Position numbers and translations under genes: made by a program
In this document: positions 9,596-15,981 of the stretch, piece after piece
Layout: each line of letters opens with the position of its first letter
Numbering within the stretch: the stretch's first letter is position 1
From: Bacteroidales bacterium
GTDB lineage: Bacteria; Bacteroidota; Bacteroidia; Bacteroidales; UBA932
NCBI GenBank assembly: GCA_017550525.1
Contig: JAFZOU010000011.1
Coordinates: forward strand, 42,719 to 106,718
Direction of reading: 5' to 3'
Length of the DNA stretch: 64,000 nucleotides
The notes under the pieces: generated by a model
Database searches by the model: none
What the model saw: the letters and a program-made list of their open reading frames with translations, nothing else
What the model was told of the DNA's origin: nothing

Positions 9596-11251
9596 CTACC
9601 TTCCGCCACCGCCGAAGCCGCCGCCGGAGAAGCCGCCACCGCCGCCAAAGGAGGCGTGACCGCCGGTGCCGTTGATGTTGCCGGCCTTGGCTATGGCATT
9701 ACCGAATGAGCGGGTGCTCATATTGTTGGTCCAGAGAACCATGTAGGTGAAGCGGTCGGAATCCATGCCGGTGCTGCGGGCAACTTCCTCATAGATTGAC
9801 GGATACAGTTTCTTGAACTGCTTGGCAACTTTCTCCGCAATTCCAAAGAGCTGGGCAAACACCAGATAATCCTTCCAGAGGCCAACCTCGTTGGAGGCTC
9901 TTTCGCCGCTTAATGTGAAGTCCTTCAGGAAGTTACGGAACTCTATGAGATGACATGTCTGCTGCTGGCCTTCCGTGGTGCAGGTGCCTTCAGAGAGGAA
10001 GTAGCCCTTGTCACGGAACCAGGTTTTGCCGCGTGCGATGGCGCGTTCCGGCCAGGCCGTCATCTTCTTGTAGTTCTTGGTGGACCACTTCTCGAACTCG
10101 TTCTTCTCCAGGATCCTGTTGTCTCCGGCGGCGCTGAGGGCCCACTGGTAGAGGTCTTCCTCTACGTCGTCCATACTGGCGGTATCGGCCTCAAAGAGAA
10201 GATTCACGCGTTTATCCGACTTTGGATCCGGCTGCACCTTCAGTTTTCCGTCCATGATCCAGCGGAGGAAAAACGCTCCTATGATATTCTGAGCCGGGGT
10301 ATTATTACCAAAGCGGGCGCCTTTTGCAAGGGTATATTCTGCCGCAAAGAGGTTCCCGTCCAGGGGTATATCCCTGTACCAGCCGTCAATCTTGGTGCGT
10401 CCGAAGATGGACTTTTTCCACTTGTATCCAAGGGCCGATGCAATGGCAACGTATAATATAAGGAATATTCCGCCGATGAAGATAAGGGCAAAACCTATGA
10501 GGAACCACTTCTCTGCGGGATCGTCCTCTCCGTAAGAGCTGTCTTCCAGGGCCTTGTCGATGAGATCCTGTACGGGACCGCCTTTGATTACCTCAGGCTC
10601 AAAGATACCCTTTTCAAACTTCACGGCGGTTATGAGCTTTGAATTGTAGTCCATTGACTCCGAGGTTTCCGCCACAACCTTTCCGCCCTTGACGTTGATG
10701 TCTCCGTAGAAGCCGAAAGCCCATACGCGGGTGTTGTCGTAGGTCCACTGAGGGCAGTCAAAGGAAGGGCTGATAGTAACTTTCACGTGCTCCGGGGCAT
10801 CAGGCATGCCGGGATTCACGAACATGAAGTTGAAGGCATCGGCATCATCGTAAGCCTGTACAAGGCCGGTTAGGACAAAGGTGACCTCCCAGACATGAGG
10901 GCCGGTTTCTCCAAGGCCCCAGCAAAGTTCCACGCCGTTACGCTTACGCACGATGCCGCACTTCCCGGTTTTCCAACTGCGGGAACGGTCCACGTCCCAT
11001 TTGTCGCCAAGGCTTTGCATAGGAACGCCGTTGTCCTTGACGCTGAGGGAGCCGATGGTCATGGGGCCAAGGTTTTCCACAGGGATATACCACTCCGTGT
11101 TGTCTGAGGATACGCGCATGTCCCAGCGCTGGGTAACTACCGCGCTGCCGTCCTTGTTCACGGCAACGTTTATGTCAAGGTCACGGACCTCATGGGCAAA
11201 CGCCGCAGCGCAGAGCGCCGCGGCTGCAACAAGAGCAAAAAGCCGTTTCAT
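9596..11251 (-). CDS. DUF2207-family membrane protein with a Gly-rich C-terminal tail
   Basis: 551 aa with a signal peptide, a central TM segment and the C-terminus GGGGFSGGGFGGGGR. It lies immediately downstream of a LemA gene, which is the usual LemA-DUF2207 pairing. Confidence 0.7.
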   Translation of the reverse strand: MKRLFALVAAAALCAAAFAHEVRDLDINVAVNKDGSAVVTQRWDMRVSSDNTEWYIPVENLGPMTIGSLSVKDNGVPMQSLGDKWDVDRSRSWKTGKCGIVRKRNGVELCWGLGETGPHVWEVTFVLTGLVQAYDDADAFNFMFVNPGMPDAPEHVKVTISPSFDCPQWTYDNTRVWAFGFYGDINVKGGKVVAETSESMDYNSKLITAVKFEKGIFEPEVIKGGPVQDLIDKALEDSSYGEDDPAEKWFLIGFALIFIGGIFLILYVAIASALGYKWKKSIFGRTKIDGWYRDIPLDGNLFAAEYTLAKGARFGNNTPAQNIIGAFFLRWIMDGKLKVQPDPKSDKRVNLLFEADTASMDDVEEDLYQWALSAAGDNRILEKNEFEKWSTKNYKKMTAWPERAIARGKTWFRDKGYFLSEGTCTTEGQQQTCHLIEFRNFLKDFTLSGERASNEVGLWKDYLVFAQLFGIAEKVAKQFKKLYPSIYEEVARSTGMDSDRFTYMVLWTNNMSTRSFGNAIAKAGNINGTGGHASFGGGGGFSGGGFGGGGR

Positions 11252-11797
11252 CTAGATTTCCGGGTAATCTTTCTTGGAAACGTCGTCGGCAAGGTAATCA
11301 CGCTTTGCAAAGCCAAGGATTCCGGCCACCAGGGAGGTGGGGAATACGCGCACCTGCTGGTTGAAGCGGGTTACGGTGTCGTTGAAGGTCATGCGGGACA
11401 GGCGGACGTTTTCCTCATAGTCCTTGATGTCCTTCATTGTCTGCTGGTAGTTGGCGCTGGCCTTGAGATCCGGGTAAGCCTCTGCCACGGCGATGAGTTT
11501 GGCGCCGATTGCGGCAAGGGCTTCTTCGTTGGCGTTAATATCGGCCGCAGTGGGATTGGGAGAAGAGACAATCTTACGCTCCTTCACAATTTTCTCAAGG
11601 GTATCGGCCTCATAGGAAGCATATTCCCTGGTGAGTTTGATGAGGGCCTTCAGGGCATCGAAACGACTGATCTGCTGGACGTTGATCTGCTTCAAGGCAT
11701 TGTTGCAGAGTTCGTCGCTTTTCACAAGGCGGTTCTGAACGCCGATGATCCAGATTACAAGGACTGCCAGGACGGCAAGGATAATAGCTAAAGTCAT
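11252..11797 (-). CDS. lemA: LemA family protein
   Basis: It has an N-terminal TM helix (MTLAIILAVLAVLVIWIIGVQNRLV) followed by LemA-type helical repeats (YPDLKASANYQQ, FNDTVTRFNQ). I chose the start at ATG 11797. The track extension to 12022 has no support. Confidence 0.85.
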   Translation of the reverse strand: MTLAIILAVLAVLVIWIIGVQNRLVKSDELCNNALKQINVQQISRFDALKALIKLTREYASYEADTLEKIVKERKIVSSPNPTAADINANEEALAAIGAKLIAVAEAYPDLKASANYQQTMKDIKDYEENVRLSRMTFNDTVTRFNQQVRVFPTSLVAGILGFAKRDYLADDVSKKDYPEI

Positions 11798-11872
11798 AGT
11801 ACAGTTTATTTTATTATGCGAATATACAAAATTTGCATAAATTTGCGAATAGAATAAACGTTTATTACACAT

Positions 11873-12610
11873 ATGAAAACAAACCAGGAATTCAAGAATG
11901 CCGCCCTTGACGCACTTCGCGGCAATTGGGGAAAAGCCGTTGTGGCTACACTCGTCTATGTGCTTATCCTTTCTTTCATAACCGGCCCTACGGTTTATAG
12001 CACCACCCGGGTCCAGAAGCAACTGACCGATCTTGCCGCCACTTCTCCCACCGGATATCAGGCAGCAGCACTTATAACCTCCCCTGAATTCATCGCCCTC
12101 CAGAAAACGGCCACCCGCACCAGCGGTATCTCCACCCTGTTGCAGTTCCTGCTGGTCCTGCCCCTCTCCCTTGGCTTCCTGAATGCATTCCGGAAACTTC
12201 TTGTAGCCAGAGACAGCCAGATTCTATCCAACACTTTCCGTATCGGCTTCAGTAATTACTGGCACAAGGTATGGGGTATGCTCCTTATGACAATCATGGT
12301 ATTCCTGTGGTCCCTCCTTCTCATTATTCCCGGAATCATCAAGTGGTTCTCATATGCCATGACCCCCTTCATTCTGGAGGAGAACCCTGAACTTGGAGCC
12401 TCGGATGCCATTCACCGCAGCCGCATGATGATGCGCGGCCACAAGTTTGACCTCTTCTATCTGTACCTGAGCTTCATCGGCTGGTTCATCCTGTGCATCT
12501 TCACCGCCGGTATCGGTTTCCTGTGGCTTGGCCCTTACGTGGACACCGCCATCGCCGCCTTCTATGAGGAGGTCAAGGCCGATTACGCCCTCAACGGCGG
12601 CCTGGACTAA
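11873..12610 (+). CDS. DUF975-family integral membrane protein
   Basis: 245 aa. The N-terminus NQEFKNAALDALRGNWGKAV and the MMMRGHKFDLFYLYLSFIGW region are typical of DUF975. Confidence 0.65.
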   Translation: MKTNQEFKNAALDALRGNWGKAVVATLVYVLILSFITGPTVYSTTRVQKQLTDLAATSPTGYQAAALITSPEFIALQKTATRTSGISTLLQFLLVLPLSLGFLNAFRKLLVARDSQILSNTFRIGFSNYWHKVWGMLLMTIMVFLWSLLLIIPGIIKWFSYAMTPFILEENPELGASDAIHRSRMMMRGHKFDLFYLYLSFIGWFILCIFTAGIGFLWLGPYVDTAIAAFYEEVKADYALNGGLD

Positions 12611-12615
12611 TCCCT

Positions 12616-12753
12616 TTGCCGTGTTGACGGCTAAAACGCGTATAAGGCCGATTCCGGAGCCAACACGGCAAGGAAATCGGCCTTTTTCCGTGAAATTGCT
12701 GCCGTGTTGACGCAAAATCGCCGCTACAGGCAATCTGAGTGTCAACACGGCAA
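12616..12753 (+). repeat. REP/MITE-like structured intergenic repeat, copy A
   Basis: It has two inverted-repeat modules: TTGCCGTGTTG 12616-12626 with CAACACGGCAA 12661-12671, and GCCGTGTTGAC 12701-12711 with GTCAACACGGC 12741-12751. It also contains a terminator-like stem AAGGCCGATTCC 12644-12655 / GGAAATCGGCCTT 12672-12684 followed by TTT. By eye it is roughly 90 percent identical to copies B and C. Confidence 0.9.
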
Positions 12754-12756
12754 AAC

Positions 12757-13671
12757 CTACAGTACCAGGCATCGGCTTATCTGAGCATCGGACACGTGGA
12801 AATCGTATTTCAACTGGCGGGCGATGCGCATTTTCTGGGAATCAGTGAGCTGATACACGGAAGTGGCTCCGAACGGACGGCACAGTTCCCTGTCAATGAG
12901 CATACAGACATCCAGATCCTGGAGGCGTGTCCTGTCGAAGTTCCTGCCGTACTCATTCTTAAGCATCTGGGCCACGGTGTTTTCATCGGCCTGTTCTATG
13001 TCGGAAATAGTCAGCGGTGCTCCGGTATTGTCTTTCAGTTGTTCCTTCAGCCAGGAGTCGTCGGACAGGCGGTTCATCTGATAGAGGTAGTTCCTTGGGG
13101 TGCTGAAAAACTGTTCCGCCCGCCTGAGTTCCATAAAACTGCGGCGGACAAACACACCGCGCTCGTTCATCTGAAATGAATCCGGGAATTCGGCGTGCCG
13201 TGGGAGATTGCTGGAAATATCACTTCTTGACATAGGCACGGCCTCATCCCCGCATAGTCCTATATCCTGCGCGAACATATCCCTTACACTGCAGAAAAGA
13301 TAGCCGAATGCTGTAGGGGCGGCTCCGTGGTGAAGACCGTTCCTAAGTATATAGGACAGCATTGTCAGTATATGGTACAGTCCCAGTACTATAGCCACAA
13401 AGGTATACTTCTGCCCAAATCTCCCCCTGCGGCCGTACTTGGTGTTGAAGTACTTGGTGTAGGACATCCTTTCCCGTCGGGCAAACTCTGACGGATTATC
13501 CGTGAACACTCCCTGATGCACGTGAGTGGACATCTCGGCATCGGCAAGTATTTCCGTTCCGGTGGAGAATGACTGAAGTGCCATCAGGTTTACAAATACA
13601 TCGTGGTCTTCCCGGTCCCTGAACATAACCTCGTCGTGGGAAGTAAAACAGATATGGTAGGTCTCCTTCAT
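12757..13671 (-). CDS. IS200-like HUH/Y1 transposase homologue (RAYT-like, COG1943-type) with a C-terminal HTH-like tail
   Basis: 304 aa. The N-terminal block YHICFTSHDEVMF.DREDHDVF, a HUH-like motif STHVHQG and a Tyr-rich block SYTKYFNTKYGRRGRFGQ (candidate catalytic Tyr) fit the Y1 transposase fold. The C-terminus QLTDSQKMRIARQLKYDFHVSDAQISRCL looks like an HTH. The stop lies 3 nt from repeat copy A. Confidence 0.65.
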   Translation of the reverse strand: MKETYHICFTSHDEVMFRDREDHDVFVNLMALQSFSTGTEILADAEMSTHVHQGVFTDNPSEFARRERMSYTKYFNTKYGRRGRFGQKYTFVAIVLGLYHILTMLSYILRNGLHHGAAPTAFGYLFCSVRDMFAQDIGLCGDEAVPMSRSDISSNLPRHAEFPDSFQMNERGVFVRRSFMELRRAEQFFSTPRNYLYQMNRLSDDSWLKEQLKDNTGAPLTISDIEQADENTVAQMLKNEYGRNFDRTRLQDLDVCMLIDRELCRPFGATSVYQLTDSQKMRIARQLKYDFHVSDAQISRCLVL

Positions 13672-13819
13672 GGCGGCAAGTTACTGCACCGAAGGCGTTC
13701 TATCAAGGGGGTGCTCATAACTTGTGTTGTTTCACGTGAAATATTTTACGTTTTTTGTGATTTTGGTGGGAAAGACCATGTTTTTTGCTAAATTTGAAGT
13801 GTTTATAAGACGTGTCCAT

Positions 13820-14428
13820 ATGAAAAAACTGCTTCTCATATCGCTTGCGGCCTGCGCATTAATGGCCTGCAACCAGCCGGCACAGAAGAATCCCGGCGCT
13901 TCTTTTGACGAAGTACTCACCACCCGCCGCAGCGTCCGCGCCTATGACGCATCAAAGACTATCTCGGAATCGGAGGTCCGCGAACTCCTTCTTGCCACTC
14001 AGGAGGCCCCGTCCTGGGCCAACCAGGAACCCAGCAAGTATTATGTAGCTGTTGGCGGAGAAAAGCACGCCGCCCTCCTTGAGATGATAGGCGGCAACAA
14101 GGACAGGGTTGCCAATGCCCCCGTACTCATTGTCTCCACATATGAAAAGGGCAAGTCCGGCTTCTTCCGCGGAACGGCCACCAATGAGATAGAGGACGGC
14201 TGGGGCGCCTATGACAACGGACTCAGCAACGCCTACCTTATTCTCAAGGCCAGGGCTATGGGCTTTGACACGCTCATAATGGGGATGCGTGACAGCGACG
14301 CCATCCGCGCCTGCCTGGATATCCCGGAGAATGAAGCCATTATGGCCGTGATAGCCCTTGGGTACCGCGCGCAGGAGCCATCCAGGCCGCAGAGAAGACC
14401 TCTTGATGACGTAGTGCGATTCTTCTGA
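13820..14428 (+). CDS. nitroreductase-family protein with a lipoprotein-type signal peptide
   Basis: Signal peptide MKKLLLISLAACALMACNQ, followed by nitroreductase motifs (TRRSVRAYD, AYLILKARAMGFDT). I chose the start at ATG 13820 rather than the track start at 13724. Confidence 0.8.
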   Translation: MKKLLLISLAACALMACNQPAQKNPGASFDEVLTTRRSVRAYDASKTISESEVRELLLATQEAPSWANQEPSKYYVAVGGEKHAALLEMIGGNKDRVANAPVLIVSTYEKGKSGFFRGTATNEIEDGWGAYDNGLSNAYLILKARAMGFDTLIMGMRDSDAIRACLDIPENEAIMAVIALGYRAQEPSRPQRRPLDDVVRFF

Positions 14429-14439
14429 CGGCGTTCGCC

Positions 14440-14577
14440 GTGCCGTGTTGACGGCTAAAACGCGTAAAAGGCCGATTCCGGAGCCAACACGGCAAGGAAA
14501 TCGGCCTTTTTCCGGAAAATCGCTGCCGTGTTGACACAAAAACGCCTCTACAAGCAATCTGAGTGTCGACACGGCAA
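14440..14577 (+). repeat. REP/MITE-like structured intergenic repeat, copy B
   Basis: It has the same architecture and orientation as copy A. It starts 12 nt after the nitroreductase stop and ends about 30 nt before the next gene's ATG. Confidence 0.9.
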
Positions 14578-14607
14578 ACTGTCCGGAAAAATACCTATCT
14601 TTACACC

Positions 14608-15567
14608 ATGTTCAAAGTTGGAATAATCGGTGCCGGGCACATCGCAGAGAAGGCGGCCCGCACGCTTCAGGCAATGGAAGATATGACCTGCATTGCCATC
14701 GGTTCACGTTCTGAGGAGAAGGCTCTGGCCTTTGCCGGGCGCTTTGACATTCCCCGGGCATACGGGTCATACGCTGCACTGCTGGAGGACCCTGATATAG
14801 ACCTTGTGTATATAGCCGTACCGCACTCATGCCACTTTGGAGTGACACGTGACGCCATCCTTGCCGGGAAGCCCTGCCTTGTGGAGAAGTCCTTTATGCT
14901 CAATGCCACAGAAGCGGCAGAAATCATTGCCCTGGCCCGTGAGAAAGGCGTTTTTGTGGGAGAAGCCATATGGCCGCGGTATATGCCGGTAAGGGAGATC
15001 GGCCGTAAACTTTTGGAGTCCGGCATCATTGGAGAACCCCGTATGGTCCAGGCCACCCTGGCTTACAATGTGTCCGACAAAGAGCGCATCATTAGTCCGG
15101 AACTTGGCGGAGGCGCCCTTCTGGATCTTGGAGTTTATCTTCTGAACTTTGTGAGAATGTACTTTGATGCACCGGTCTCACAGATTAACACCACCTGCGT
15201 CAAGGCCCCTAGCGGGGTAGATGCATCCGAGCAGGTTACAATGGTTCTTTCCGATGGCACCCTGGCTTCTCTGGACTGCTCTGCCTGGTGCCAGGGAGGC
15301 AACGAGGCCGTCATAGCCGGCACCACCGGCTACCTTGTCTTTGACGATCTTATCAATCCCAAGACCGTTAACGTTTGCCGTAAACGCCATATAGTGGAGA
15401 AGACCGTAGCCGTGCCTGATCAGATTACCGGCTTCGAGTATCAGTTCCGTGCCTGCCGGGATGCAATTGCAGCCGGATCCCTGGAGCCATCGGCTATGCC
15501 CCACGCAGAAATCCTATACATTATGCATCTTATGGACCGCCTCCGCGCGGAATGGGGTACGGCATAG
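14608..15567 (+). CDS. Gfo/Idh/MocA-family NAD(P)-dependent oxidoreductase
   Basis: Rossmann N-terminus MFKVGIIGAGHIAEK and the EKSF motif (PCLVEKSFMLN) are present. I chose ATG 14608, because the track's GTG at 14563 lies inside repeat copy B. Confidence 0.85.
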   Translation: MFKVGIIGAGHIAEKAARTLQAMEDMTCIAIGSRSEEKALAFAGRFDIPRAYGSYAALLEDPDIDLVYIAVPHSCHFGVTRDAILAGKPCLVEKSFMLNATEAAEIIALAREKGVFVGEAIWPRYMPVREIGRKLLESGIIGEPRMVQATLAYNVSDKERIISPELGGGALLDLGVYLLNFVRMYFDAPVSQINTTCVKAPSGVDASEQVTMVLSDGTLASLDCSAWCQGGNEAVIAGTTGYLVFDDLINPKTVNVCRKRHIVEKTVAVPDQITGFEYQFRACRDAIAAGSLEPSAMPHAEILYIMHLMDRLRAEWGTA

Positions 15568-15574
15568 TGCCTTC

Positions 15575-15662
15575 GTGGACCTGGCCCAGCCGCTTTGTGG
15601 ACTTGGTATGGCCCATGTGTGGACCTGGTCCAACCCCTGCGTGGACCTGGTCCAGGGCATGC
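15575..15662. repeat. 22-bp x4 tandem repeat carrying the palindrome TGGACC-T-GGTCCA
   Basis: Units start at 15575, 15597, 15619 and 15641 (GTGGACCTGGCCCA, GTGGACTTGGTATG, GTGGACCTGGTCCA, GTGGACCTGGTCCA). The period is exactly 22 bp. Confidence 0.85.
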
Positions 15663-15694
15663 GGCAGTGTGCAACGACGTGCGACAGCGGCCAC

Positions 15695-15832
15695 CGGCCG
15701 TGTTGACGGCTATAACGCGTATAAGGCCGATTCCAGTGCCAACACGGCAAGGAAATGGGCCTTTTTCCGCCAAAACGCTGCCGTGTTGACGCAAAAACGC
15801 CGCCACAGGCAATCTGAGTGTCAACACGGCAA
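15695..15832 (+). repeat. REP/MITE-like structured intergenic repeat, copy C
   Basis: It has the same architecture and orientation as copies A and B. It lies in the convergent spacer between the oxidoreductase and uvrA. Confidence 0.9.
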
Positions 15833-15981
15833 GCACGGAGGCTTATCGGCCGGTGCCCTTCGGACGGCATAGCCGCCCGTGGCTTCGTGAACGGGAGGGG
15901 CCCAGAGGCCGTGCTATGCACGGACGCATGGGAGGGATAGGGCCGAAGGTCCGTACCGGTCCGAAGTGCACTGGCCGAAAC

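Noticed and set aside
11798-12022. 75-aa N-terminal extension of LemA in the track
   Set aside because: The extension runs through the AT-rich divergent promoter region and overlaps the start of the DUF975 gene. LemA proteins begin at the TM helix, which is encoded from ATG 11797.
12739-13179. ORFs that start with GTG inside the repeats (MSTRQ... at 12739 and 14563; also 13952-14572, 14340-14537, 15441-15836, 15514-15921, 15552-15872 and 12350-12772 on either strand)
   Set aside because: Their starts, or large parts of them, fall inside the 138-bp repeat copies or the tandem array. They repeat the same peptide simply because the DNA is repeated. They also run antisense to better-supported genes.
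13728-13741. Perfect palindrome TTTCACGTGAAA in the divergent spacer between the RAYT-like gene and the nitroreductase
   Set aside because: It is a single short palindrome with no second copy in the window. It might be an operator, but there is not enough evidence to call it.
12616-15832. Possibility that the repeated elements are a CRISPR array or an integron cassette array (attC sites)
   Set aside because: The repeats are about 138 bp long and are separated by 0.9-1.7 kb of ordinary genes, not by short spacers. No cas or intI gene is present. The inverted-repeat core GTTGAC does not fit the attC GTTRRRY consensus. A REP/MITE-like interpretation fits better.
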